DNA of 64,000 nt from Candidatus Hodarchaeum mangrovi (GTDB lineage Archaea; Asgardarchaeota; Heimdallarchaeia; Hodarchaeales; Hodarchaeaceae). Position 1 is the first letter of the stretch. Each line of letters begins with the position of its first letter. The stretch spans positions 9,326 through 73,325 of the forward strand of contig JAEOUE010000209.1 in NCBI GenBank assembly GCA_016839515.1, written 5' to 3'. The notes under the pieces were generated by a model. The model was not told the DNA's origin. It worked only from the letters and a program-made list of their open reading frames with translations, and did no database searches. Positions 9,289-18,908 of the stretch are shown here, in pieces. The position numbers and the translations under genes are program-made.

Positions 9289-10356
9289 TTATTTACCTTT
9301 TAAAAAAACTGACTCAATTTTTGTAAACAACCAAGGGATAATTAGAGCTAAAGTAAAAGCTAAAATGAAATAAGAGCAATAGTCTACTAAAGTACTCACC
9401 CAAGGTACTATACTTTGAGAATTTTCAAATAATCCAGAAACCTTATCCGTAAAAAAGTAAAGTAATACAACTGAAGTGAATCCTATAATTATTCGTATGA
9501 GTAAACTTACTGGTTGCCTTCCATAGATTTTAAAATTAATATATTGGTCTTCAAAAACCTTTCCAACTATAATTCCACCAAAGATACCAGGGTACACTCC
9601 TAAATCACTGTTGTTCCAAAGATCTGTAACGAGTGCACTTCCAAATAGAAAAGTAGTTAAATAAACAACTCCAAATCCTAGAATAACTAAGATTATACTA
9701 CTTAAAAAGCCCAAAAATATCTTTACTTTGTCTGATTTTTGTGTATAATAACTTCCATATCGCTTATCAATTTGAACATACAATAAAGCTACCAGAATAC
9801 CAACGACAACTCCAATAATTATATCACTAGGCCAATGTACACCTAAATAGCTTCTACTGAGAGGTATGGATATTAATAATACTAATCCTAAAACTAGAAT
9901 TGAAAAATTCCTATATTTCTGGAAAACAAATCCCCATAAGGTTCCTTGAGTTTGAGAATGTCCAGAAGGAAATGAATATCCACTAGCACTCCACGTAGTT
10001 TCTCGTAATATTTGTGTAGTAACCTTAAATTTCTCATCATATATATAAGGACGAGGATTATGAAAAAATATCTTCAATATTGAGTTTAAACAAGCTGATA
10101 ACGTAATTAGATAAATTATTTTTAACATATATTCCTTATTATAAGTATAATAGAGTAGTACCATTACTATAAGAATTGGTAGTGTATTTCCAAATGTGGT
10201 TACAACTCCAAAGTAAAAATCTATAATATCATTAGAAAAGCTTTGAATAAATTCGAGTATTTGTTCACCAAATAAACCAAGGATTAGATCAGACAATTTA
10301 TCACAGCCTTTTATTGCTTTGACACTGAAAATTCTTTCAAAACGCTCAATTACCAT
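9289..10356 (-). CDS. PAP2-family membrane lipid phosphatase
   Basis: KIFFHNPRP, FPSGH and SRSYLGVHWPSD catalytic motifs; multiple TM helices. Confidence 0.92.
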   Translation of the reverse strand: MVIERFERIFSVKAIKGCDKLSDLILGLFGEQILEFIQSFSNDIIDFYFGVVTTFGNTLPILIVMVLLYYTYNKEYMLKIIYLITLSACLNSILKIFFHNPRPYIYDEKFKVTTQILRETTWSASGYSFPSGHSQTQGTLWGFVFQKYRNFSILVLGLVLLISIPLSRSYLGVHWPSDIIIGVVVGILVALLYVQIDKRYGSYYTQKSDKVKIFLGFLSSIILVILGFGVVYLTTFLFGSALVTDLWNNSDLGVYPGIFGGIIVGKVFEDQYINFKIYGRQPVSLLIRIIIGFTSVVLLYFFTDKVSGLFENSQSIVPWVSTLVDYCSYFILAFTLALIIPWLFTKIESVFLKGK

Positions 10357-10582
10357 TTTTTTAAGCTTTTTCTTAGATAAAGTTGGGGTATCTTTTGGTT
10401 AATTTCCTAAAAGCTTGAACTTGATAATTTTAATTTTATCCTGTTTTTTTCAATTTCACACAGCTTTTAAATAACACAGTTCTTAACAAATGTAATATTG
10501 ATCTTATATTTTTAACTCAAAAATTATTGCTATTAACCATTCAAATGCTGTCTAAGATTTATTTACAGGTGAAGATTTCCCA

Positions 10583-11329
10583 ATGTCAGAATCTGAATCA
10601 TTAGTTTGCCCTAATTGTAGTGAACGAAGTCCTGCAGGATATATTCTTTGTCCTTATTGTGGATTCGATTTGACTAAGATTGTTAAAGCCGCCCAACGAG
10701 TCCGAATAACTTTTAAAGAAAGCTTTTCTCGTATTTGGAGAGGATTTTTTGACCCTCGTCAAAGTAAAGGACTATTCAATGAGGTTGGGGCTAATCCTGA
10801 CAGAAGAGGGGCAATTTTAACTTTAATACTGGTATCAATGGCTTATGCGAGTCGAATTGGAGTTTATGCTATTAAAGTCTCAAGCACCACCTGGCATGAT
10901 TTTCATTTCTGGTATGCTTTATTTTTTCCATTTGTTGTCTGGCCTGCCTTCTTTTTATTAGCTCTTTTTGCTTGGTTTATCCTTAGTACTGCTATATGGC
11001 TTCTGGCAAAAACTTTAGGGGGAAAAGCAGGATATCGGGAAACAATGAGCGTTGTTGGCTACTCAGTAAGTCCACTTATTTCTGGATCACTCATCATCAG
11101 TCTTATTATTGTTCTTATCGGACCACCAATCAGTAGTATAACCTCAATAACTTCAGATCAATTCATACTTTTCGAATTTTTATATCTCCCATTCATTGCT
11201 TTGGCTGCTTACCATTGTGGAAACGGATTAAGGGCATCCCATCTTCTAAGCGAGCCATATTCCTACTCAATTAGTGGTTTAATGGCATTATTATTTATTA
11301 TCTTCTATCTACTCCCCTTGATACTGTAA
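10583..11329 (+). CDS. Yip1-family membrane protein with N-terminal zinc ribbon
   Basis: CPNC...CPYCG; about 5 TM helices; LAKTLGGKAGYRETMSVVGYSVSP Yip1 motif. Confidence 0.85.
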   Translation: MSESESLVCPNCSERSPAGYILCPYCGFDLTKIVKAAQRVRITFKESFSRIWRGFFDPRQSKGLFNEVGANPDRRGAILTLILVSMAYASRIGVYAIKVSSTTWHDFHFWYALFFPFVVWPAFFLLALFAWFILSTAIWLLAKTLGGKAGYRETMSVVGYSVSPLISGSLIISLIIVLIGPPISSITSITSDQFILFEFLYLPFIALAAYHCGNGLRASHLLSEPYSYSISGLMALLFIIFYLLPLIL

Positions 11330-11383
11330 AACATTCGTCGACTTAGAATTTGAAAGTGAATATTCAATCAATTGATGAAATAA

Positions 11384-12379
11384 TTAATTCAGATATATTT
11401 TAAATTTTAATGGCATTGGGATTGAAGGATCAATCACCCGAAATATTTCTCCGTTATGAAATTCAGTTCCCATTAGTGCATCTGTTATAACCATATGTTG
11501 GGTTTCGTACAGGATTTTTATTTCAAGCCCAAGATTAAAAGAATATCTTAATTGTTCAATAAAATCAGAAAATCTTTGATCTTTAGAAGAATAAACTGGT
11601 ATAATGTCTAAATGATAGGTATCGGAGCATACAAAACATGTTTTTCTCCTTTTGAGTGGTACAGATGTGAATTGACCAGATTCTCCGTCCCAAAATAAGA
11701 AATTATTCATTGTTGGGATGCCATTGATAATTTTTAAGGCCTCTTGTGCCATTAATCCTCCAATGACTAACGAGACACTGGATACAGATGGGATAAATTT
11801 TTTTTCTTCAACCACCTCCCGAATTTCCTTTCTTCCCTCACCAAAAGGTGTACAAGCTTTTTGTAGCTCCTGTTCTGGGATTAAAGATTGACATTCTAAA
11901 CACGGGGTATGATAAGGAATGACAACTTGGATATTACCGAGGAATCCATACATTCCTCCAGATATCAAAGGAATTTTTGCTTTCACTGTGAACGCATTTA
12001 ACCATCTACGAACTTTAAATGTATCTAATCCTTCAACTATAACATTAGATGTTGTTAAAAGATCATGAGGTACTTTTTCAATTGCATTTTTTATTACTTC
12101 AATCTCAATAGAAGGATTTATGGCTCTCAGTGCTTTAGCGGCAACATTTACCTTCGGTTTTCCAACATCATCCTCATAATAGAAAAGTTGCCGATTAAGG
12201 TTACTTACTTCAATTGTGTCAAAATCTATCAAAATTAATTTTCCTACTCCAGCCATTGCAAGTGAAGCAGCAACAACTGTTCCTAGAGCTCCAAGACCAA
12301 CAATAGTAACTGTACTTTCTTTTATTCTTGTTTGGTCCCAATTTTCAATCAATAATTGACGTGCATAGCGATCAGTCAT
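11384..12379 (-). CDS. Ubiquitin-activating enzyme E1 (ThiF/UBA family)
   Basis: RYARQ, GLGALG, SNLNRQ, Zn motifs CLEC/CFVC, catalytic-Cys motif KACT, C-terminal UFD-like region; follows ubiquitin. Confidence 0.92.
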   Translation of the reverse strand: MTDRYARQLLIENWDQTRIKESTVTIVGLGALGTVVAASLAMAGVGKLILIDFDTIEVSNLNRQLFYYEDDVGKPKVNVAAKALRAINPSIEIEVIKNAIEKVPHDLLTTSNVIVEGLDTFKVRRWLNAFTVKAKIPLISGGMYGFLGNIQVVIPYHTPCLECQSLIPEQELQKACTPFGEGRKEIREVVEEKKFIPSVSSVSLVIGGLMAQEALKIINGIPTMNNFLFWDGESGQFTSVPLKRRKTCFVCSDTYHLDIIPVYSSKDQRFSDFIEQLRYSFNLGLEIKILYETQHMVITDALMGTEFHNGEIFRVIDPSIPMPLKFKIYLN

Positions 12380-12423
12380 ATATTAGGCCCGCGGATGCAC
12401 GTCTTTCTCTGAATCTTAAATTT

Positions 12424-12663
12424 CTACCTTTTCCCACCAGTGGTTCGTGTAATCATGTACAGCTTATCATGTTCTTGAATCCCAGCTGTCTTTAAAGTTT
12501 CGCTCTCATCAAGTTGTTTTCCTTGAAAGACTAGAATAACGGTTCCTGGAGGGATTCTATTTTCACTAGCAACTCTTCTTTTAATTGCTGCTATAGAATC
12601 AGTCATTTCACATTCAAGAGGTATTTCTCTACCGCCAATTGCCTGAACAATAGTGATTTGCAT
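12424..12663 (-). CDS. Ubiquitin (pro-form, GG followed by KR)
   Basis: MQITI...IPPGTVILVFQGKQLDESETL..GIQ..RTTGGKR; ATG at 12663 is the likely start (GTG at 12672 possible). Confidence 0.93.
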   Translation of the reverse strand: MQITIVQAIGGREIPLECEMTDSIAAIKRRVASENRIPPGTVILVFQGKQLDESETLKTAGIQEHDKLYMITRTTGGKR

Positions 12664-12800
12664 GTTCTTCACTCAAATATTCGCATTGTAAAAGATTTGT
12701 GAGTTACACTTCATCTCTGCCTTTTAAAATATATGGAATGGGGTACACAAATTATATACTAAATAACTCTATCGAATTTTTTCTAATCGAAAGGATAGAT

Positions 12801-13589
12801 TTAATCATCTTCTGGTTCAATAAAACTGATTCCATCATTTGTAATTTCATAGCGTAGAGTTTTAGTCGTGTGATTAGTACCACGCATCTTAGTGATTCGA
12901 AGGATTCGCATCATTTCCCCACGAACAGAAAGCATATCAAGATGAAAAATAGAATCGGCAATATACTCTTCTCCAAACAAGGTATGATCAGAGGTACTTG
13001 ATAATTCTGATATTGCTATTGTAGTAACGTTTAAGGCAGCAATATTTGCCAAAAATCCAGTTGCTAATTTTCTTAAAAAACCATAGTCATTTCCATAATC
13101 ATAAAATCTAAATGCAGCTAGGGGATCTATTACTATTCGTTCAATTTTCTTTTCCTCTACTTTTTGGGATATTAAATAAAAAATTTTATGTAAGAAAGTA
13201 GGTAATGATGTCTCATCATAGGGAACCCCTTCTACATCCAACATCAATTCAGTATCCTCACTATACGAAAGACTATCAGGATCCCATAATTCCCATCCAG
13301 ATGGCGTAAAGTCAAGCATGATTACTTTTTCAGGTTCTGCAAAATAATTGTGATCGAAAAAAGAAAAAGAACTTGCATCTCGTCGTATAGCCCATGGTGG
13401 TTCTTGCATTGCTACTAATAATCCATTTTCATTTCGACGAGCTCCATCAAAGAGAAAATGTAATCCAAAAATTGTCTTACCTGCTCCTGCAGGTCCTATT
13501 AGCAAATTAGTAGTTCCTTTGATAAAACCACCTTGAGTATAAGCATCAATAAATGGTATTCCTGTTGTTACGCGCACACGTTCAAACAA
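12801..13589 (-). CDS. KaiC/RAD55-family ATPase (single domain)
   Basis: RVTTGIP, GPAGAGKT, RIVID, EEYIADSI, ITKMRGT. Confidence 0.92.
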   Translation of the reverse strand: MFERVRVTTGIPFIDAYTQGGFIKGTTNLLIGPAGAGKTIFGLHFLFDGARRNENGLLVAMQEPPWAIRRDASSFSFFDHNYFAEPEKVIMLDFTPSGWELWDPDSLSYSEDTELMLDVEGVPYDETSLPTFLHKIFYLISQKVEEKKIERIVIDPLAAFRFYDYGNDYGFLRKLATGFLANIAALNVTTIAISELSSTSDHTLFGEEYIADSIFHLDMLSVRGEMMRILRITKMRGTNHTTKTLRYEITNDGISFIEPEDD

Positions 13590-13757
13590 TGAATCTCACT
13601 CTCAAAAATCAGAATATTTTATCTCTAAGTGAAACCTACGGTGAAATATTATTCATTACCCATTCAGAATATTAATCTCATATAAAAGGTAATTTGTATG
13701 GTATTATAATCTTCTATCTATTTTTTTAATTATTATCATATACTATAGAAATCAAAA

Positions 13758-14321
13758 TCACTTTTGATAGTTAATATTCTGCTTACTAGCTTCTAGCTGT
13801 TCAATAAAGTACCGAAATGCTGATTCCAAATTTTCACCACTTCTTATTCCACCAGGATCAGCTGCTACTGTTCCAAAAATAAAGTAGTTTCTCTTTTGAA
13901 GTTTTTGAAGTAAAAAATGCCTTTTAAAAAAGTCTGGATATAGAGCATTTGGTAAATCTTGCTTATTAGCTATAATAAGAATCGGTATATTTTCAGAAAT
14001 AAGTTCCAACGCATCTTGTAGCCATTGTTCATCATATTTAAAATCACGACGGGAACTGTCAATAACAAAGACCAATCCATCTGCGTTTTTGACAAATCTT
14101 TCATGATAACGCATATCTAGGAATTTCCTCTGACCCCCAACATCAATTAAACTGATAACTGATCCATCTAAAACAACATGACTAATTCCGAAAGCAATTG
14201 TAGGCCTGATGTTGCTAGGTGGAGGATAACCATGCTCAAGATAAAATGCGATGGAAGATTTACCTACACCACTAGTTCCTAATAAAACAACTGAATAAAT
14301 TGTTTTAGATGGTAATTCCAT
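13758..14321 (-). CDS. Arf-related small GTPase
   Basis: GTSGVGKS, PTIAF, DVGGQ, ANKQDLP; no Gly2. Confidence 0.88.
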   Translation of the reverse strand: MELPSKTIYSVVLLGTSGVGKSSIAFYLEHGYPPPSNIRPTIAFGISHVVLDGSVISLIDVGGQRKFLDMRYHERFVKNADGLVFVIDSSRRDFKYDEQWLQDALELISENIPILIIANKQDLPNALYPDFFKRHFLLQKLQKRNYFIFGTVAADPGGIRSGENLESAFRYFIEQLEASKQNINYQK

Positions 14322-14554
14322 ATATATATTATCCTGTCTGTTGCCTTTTTCAAGAAAGAAGCAAAAAAATCTAGATTTTAGAGACGAAACATTAAGTCAA
14401 AGATTTATACGTTTTAATCAGGTTTTTAAGTTTAAAAAACTGACTAAATATTTTTGTACCGATAAATCACAAAAAAAGCTTTTTTAGGTATACTTCTAAC
14501 TTCATTTCACAAGATTTATGAGTTTGTATTAGAAAAAATAATATGTGAATTTTA

Positions 14555-14947
14555 ATGCCTGATGATACTCGAGAAATCGAGATTGAATCTCTGAAAACTC
14601 CAAAAGGTGATGTTCCAACAATAAAAGGATTGGAAACAGCGTTGAATGCAACTTATAATGATTTCAACAGTATAAATACTTCGTTATCACAAATTAATAA
14701 ATCTATTACAAGTATTTTTGAAAAATTGGAATTCTATAATACTCAAATGAAAGAATTAAGTGAATCAATTACAAAATTAGTTGTTTATTTAGCAAAATTG
14801 GAAGCATCTATTGATAATACCCAAGATCTAACTCAAAAGCACTTATTCATAGAAAAAACTGATTTAATAGCTTTAAAAAATGATTTAGCTGGAATACTAG
14901 AACAATTACAACATGAGGTGTTCAGAAAATCCATTCAAGAAAAATAA
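14555..14947 (+). CDS. Hypothetical coiled-coil protein
   Basis: 130-aa ORF with long heptad repeat; first gene of an apparent 3-gene operon. Confidence 0.7.
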   Translation: MPDDTREIEIESLKTPKGDVPTIKGLETALNATYNDFNSINTSLSQINKSITSIFEKLEFYNTQMKELSESITKLVVYLAKLEASIDNTQDLTQKHLFIEKTDLIALKNDLAGILEQLQHEVFRKSIQEK

Positions 14948-15246
14948 TTATAAAAAAACGCACAATTGAAAAAGCACCTTCAAAAAAAACTATTTTTTTA
15001 CCAAAATCAGGATTTTTAAATTCTTTAAATAATGATATAAAATTAAAATCTAGGACTATTGGAGACTGGAATCCCTTTTCTCAACCTCAACAATGTATGA
15101 TTTGTTGGAAGCCTGTTGAAGTTGAAGGAAAAGATATACGGAATCATATGCAATGTAGGCATTGCCATCGAATAGCTCACAGAGATCATCTCCTTCAATG
15201 GCTTGAAAAAAAAGATTATTGTCCTGTCTGCAAAGGAAAATTGTGA
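14944..15246 (+). CDS. RING-finger E3 ubiquitin ligase candidate (missed by ORF track; non-AUG start)
   Basis: Open frame 14917-15246 encodes ...CMICWKPVEVEGKDIRNHMQCRHCHRIAHRDHLLQWLEKKDYCPVCKGKL*; no ATG/GTG/TTG upstream of the first Cys; start uncertain (ATA 14944 or ATC 14929). Confidence 0.85.
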   Translation: MIIKKRTIEKAPSKKTIFLPKSGFLNSLNNDIKLKSRTIGDWNPFSQPQQCMICWKPVEVEGKDIRNHMQCRHCHRIAHRDHLLQWLEKKDYCPVCKGKL

Positions 15247-15248
15247 GA

Positions 15249-15698
15249 ATGAACGTTAATCTACCTGGACTTATTAAAGAAATCATTTCAGATATTGAAA
15301 ATCTCTTGAATAAAATGAATTTTGATCGAGGCCTAGTAAAACCAGTTAAAATTAGAAGATCACATAATAATATTATTGTAACATGGAATATATTCCCTTC
15401 TTCAACTCATATTGGCATATATACAAATCTTCAAGAAATAATTTCAAAAAATTTGTTTAATATCAATGGAGAAATTTTATCATACAATATTACGGAGGGT
15501 TTAATTACTGATCATACTCATCATACCTTTAATGAATTTTTGATCCATCAAGGATCTAATTGGGATATCTATCTCTATGATCCTGAAATTTTTATATATA
15601 TACGGTTGATTATTGAGTCGAATATAAAAACGGTGGATAAAAAATGGATTTCGCTTGATATTGACGTCATTGAGAAATCAGCTTGGTTTTTAGAATAA
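15249..15698 (+). CDS. Hypothetical protein
   Basis: ATG 2 nt after the RING stop; 149 aa; no recognisable motif. Confidence 0.65.
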   Translation: MNVNLPGLIKEIISDIENLLNKMNFDRGLVKPVKIRRSHNNIIVTWNIFPSSTHIGIYTNLQEIISKNLFNINGEILSYNITEGLITDHTHHTFNEFLIHQGSNWDIYLYDPEIFIYIRLIIESNIKTVDKKWISLDIDVIEKSAWFLE

Positions 15699-15709
15699 TT
15701 TTTTCTGAA

Positions 15710-16657
15710 TTATATGATCTTCCATCTTAGTGAATGAGATTCATATTCAACTAAACCTTCATTTTCTAACTCTCTGAGAAAAGCTGTGGCAGTTGTTTCT
15801 TCAACCCCTAATTCATCAAAAGGTGTGTTCCAGTCAATACCGAGAATCTTACAAAATTCCTCCGCTATATAACGAATTTTTGCCTCCCCAACACTTAACA
15901 AGACATCATAAATAGTATCTTTTGTGTGTTTATGCTCAAAAGTCAGATTATGGACGTATAAGTCAAATGGTTTTGGTACAGGACTTTGGTGAGTTGGACA
16001 AATATTCTCTGTTTTGATTTTACTCAATAGGTCCAAGACTTTGGCTCGTTTCATAGAGCTTCCTGTATTATCGATGAAAAAAGCAGAGTAATTTTCTGGA
16101 TAAATGTTTCCTTCATCTCCGATGAATGTACATTCTCCCCTGTAAGCTTGAATAATTATGGAATCGGCAGAATGTCCACCAGTATGTTGTAATATTAATT
16201 CCTCCCCACCAAGATCAAGGGTTTCACTTTTATTAAAAGTATATACTAATTCCTCCTTTACTTTACCAATTTTGGATAAGAGAGAAGACTTCATTGCTAA
16301 ATTAAATTTTGAAACAAAAGGAAATTGCTTCTCTAAAATGAACTTTTGGCCCTCTTTCAAAGCTTCTAATCCTAATTCATGAACCCAAACTTGTGGTTTT
16401 ATTTCAGCAAAAGCATTCATACCAGCCCAATGATCAGGATGAGTATGAGTTAAAATTAGATATGAAATTTCTCCCGGATCCCGACCTGCTTTCTTAATGT
16501 ACTTGATGATCTCCTTTCCAATCGAATGTGAAGGAATATCGATAACTGCGATCTTTTCATCACCTAATATTAAATAACTAGAGAATAATTCGCCTTTTTT
16601 TCCTTTGTCACCAATTACTTGATATATTCCTGATACCCATTCAATAAATTCTACCAT
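15710..16657 (-). CDS. Metallo-beta-lactamase-fold hydrolase
   Basis: THTHPDH, TGGHS, GD and PTH motifs; C-terminal wHTH-like tail. Confidence 0.9.
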   Translation of the reverse strand: MVEFIEWVSGIYQVIGDKGKKGELFSSYLILGDEKIAVIDIPSHSIGKEIIKYIKKAGRDPGEISYLILTHTHPDHWAGMNAFAEIKPQVWVHELGLEALKEGQKFILEKQFPFVSKFNLAMKSSLLSKIGKVKEELVYTFNKSETLDLGGEELILQHTGGHSADSIIIQAYRGECTFIGDEGNIYPENYSAFFIDNTGSSMKRAKVLDLLSKIKTENICPTHQSPVPKPFDLYVHNLTFEHKHTKDTIYDVLLSVGEAKIRYIAEEFCKILGIDWNTPFDELGVEETTATAFLRELENEGLVEYESHSLRWKII

Positions 16658-17169
16658 TGAATCTCACCACAGATTTTATTTATTTAGATCCATTCAATAA
16701 ATTTGATTATTAAGTTTTTGCGATTGGGGAGAAAAAATGTCGAATAAATGATAGATTTTACAATTATTTCTTCTAAACGTTTCTTGAAGGTCAAAAAAAA
16801 TGATTTAAAGTCTCTATTATCATAGACAATTTTAAAATAGTATAAAATCAAATATCTGAATAAAATTTTTTATTTAAAAATAAATAAAATAAAAGTTTAG
16901 ATTTAATTATAGCTTGAAATTGATTATTTCAAGAACATTCATAAAATTCTCTCGTTTTCTGAAGAACCTACTCATCTTTTTCCTTTAAATTCTTTTTAAT
17001 CCATAAAAGTAACTACATAAAGAATTTAAAATAGGAATCTTTTAATAAAACATCTTACTATTTAGCTTTTTAGGACGCTTCAATTCAAATCATTACCTAT
17101 TTCTAATTATATGATTATATAAAGATTTAATTACCTAAAAAAAATTAATTCAAAGGATGAGTAAGGATT

Positions 17170-18186
17170 ATGAATATTGATGAAATAGTTGATAAGAAAT
17201 ATATACCAGTTATTGATCCTACTGCTCCTGATTCCCCAGCAGAGAAGGGAGCTAATGCATTTCTTGCTGAGTATGGAGGAATTGTTGAGGAAGTCGCTCT
17301 AGTCTGTAAAAAGGAGGATGGATTAGTCACATATCGCTCAGGTGCTGCACCAAGTGATCGTCATTATGAAAATTTCTTTACAGACTTCACAGAACTAGCA
17401 AATGATCTTGGAATGCGAACACATGCAATTTCCTATGCTTTTGGAGATTCTTATCTAGGACAAGATCCAAATTATTCAATAGGAAAATCAGATGGAACAC
17501 GAATACATGATTATATCGATCCTGCAGTAGAAGGTTATTGGAAACACATGATTTATATCGCACGAGAAGTAGCTCGTCAACCTATCCAAAGTTTAATTTT
17601 CCAAGAGTTCCTATATCCAAGACAAGAATATTCATTTACTCGAAGATCCATTCGTAAATTTTCAGAAATCTCAGGAGTATCGCTTGATACAACTTACATT
17701 GATATCCAAAGAGATCCACAAATACAAAGAATGTTTGAGGAATGGAGATCAGAATTAATTACAACTGCTTTTCGTGAAACTCTTGAAATGGCACGTTCAG
17801 AACGTCCAGAACTTGATGTTGGCATGATTATTCCTGTAGATCCAGAAACAGATTGGAGTGAGGGATTCTACAGGCATTTTGGGATCAATCTTGATAAGAT
17901 AATTGAAATTAGTGGGTATATAATCTATCATTTAATGCCTTATTCGCCAATGTATCCTGAACCCAATACCCCAGGATGGGATTCTTTAATTCGTGCCATT
18001 AGAAGCTCGAGATTGTACGAGGAAAGCGGATATAAAAAAGCTTTATTCATATGGGGTTTGTCAAATGAAGAAGATGTTGAATGGATTGATAATCTTAAAC
18101 GTGAAGTGAGGGCAGAAAGAATTTTTGCCCGTCTAGAGCATCCACCGAAATACACTGTTAAACGAGAAATTCACCGCGGGGTATAA
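17170..18186 (+). CDS. Putative glycoside-hydrolase-like TIM-barrel protein (GHL10/DUF4015-like)
   Basis: KxxDGLVTYRS, YIDPAVEGYW, FQEFLYP, FEEWRSELIT, LMPYS pattern. Confidence 0.55.
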   Translation: MNIDEIVDKKYIPVIDPTAPDSPAEKGANAFLAEYGGIVEEVALVCKKEDGLVTYRSGAAPSDRHYENFFTDFTELANDLGMRTHAISYAFGDSYLGQDPNYSIGKSDGTRIHDYIDPAVEGYWKHMIYIAREVARQPIQSLIFQEFLYPRQEYSFTRRSIRKFSEISGVSLDTTYIDIQRDPQIQRMFEEWRSELITTAFRETLEMARSERPELDVGMIIPVDPETDWSEGFYRHFGINLDKIIEISGYIIYHLMPYSPMYPEPNTPGWDSLIRAIRSSRLYEESGYKKALFIWGLSNEEDVEWIDNLKREVRAERIFARLEHPPKYTVKREIHRGV

Positions 18187-18207
18187 AAGCATAAAATACC
18201 AGAAATT

Positions 18208-18678
18208 CTAATGCTCTTGGCTCCAATGAGCATATTGTTTTACATACTCAACAGCTTGTTTTTTAAAACTAATTGGATCTCTTTTCCACATTCTTGCAGC
18301 GGCACCGTTCAAGGGATCATCTGGATTTGGGGCATTTAATAGAAAGCGTATTGTTTCTATTACTTGAACTAGACTATATGCAGGACTCCATTCTTTCCCA
18401 AGGATACCAACACAAACTTTCTCTTTGAATATATTTACGTGCCATATGGGTGTTTTAAAACGAATATGGGGTGGTTCATATGGATAACGGCGTGGTATCT
18501 TAATTTCGATTAAAAAAACTCCTCCTTCATATAGTCCAGATCCTAAGATTTCTCCACGCCAATGGGTTAAATCATTATTCACTGTTCGGAAGGTAGGTTG
18601 TTCTCTTGTTAGTTCTTGGGCCTCAATAGCTAAACGGTCAAGCCATTCTTCTTCAGTAAGCATTTTTAAAATCGTCAT
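18208..18678 (-). CDS. Ubiquitin-conjugating enzyme E2
   Basis: YEGGVF, YPYEPP, TPIWHVNI, catalytic VCVGIL, WSPA, PNPDDPLN. Confidence 0.95.
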   Translation of the reverse strand: MTILKMLTEEEWLDRLAIEAQELTREQPTFRTVNNDLTHWRGEILGSGLYEGGVFLIEIKIPRRYPYEPPHIRFKTPIWHVNIFKEKVCVGILGKEWSPAYSLVQVIETIRFLLNAPNPDDPLNGAAARMWKRDPISFKKQAVEYVKQYAHWSQEH

Positions 18679-18908
18679 CCTGCATCTATGACTGTTAAGA
18701 CTATAGTAAATAGCCTATTTTGCCTCAAAAGCTTATTTAATACACTCATTATGGTATTATATACACATTTCTAATTGAATTTTAAAAATGGCTTTTAAAG
18801 CAAATTCTGATATTTACTTCTGATTAAAAGAAATCCTTTTCAATATATCTTTAGGCAAAGATTTCATATTTGTATAGGTTATTTCAATTAAAATGAGGAA
18901 TAAAGAAA

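Noticed and set aside
15056-15286. 76-aa minus-strand ORF
   Set aside because: Antisense to the RING gene
16660-17165. Long AT-rich intergenic region as origin or ncRNA
   Set aside because: No ORB-like repeats, no cdc6 nearby, no structure; explained by divergent promoters
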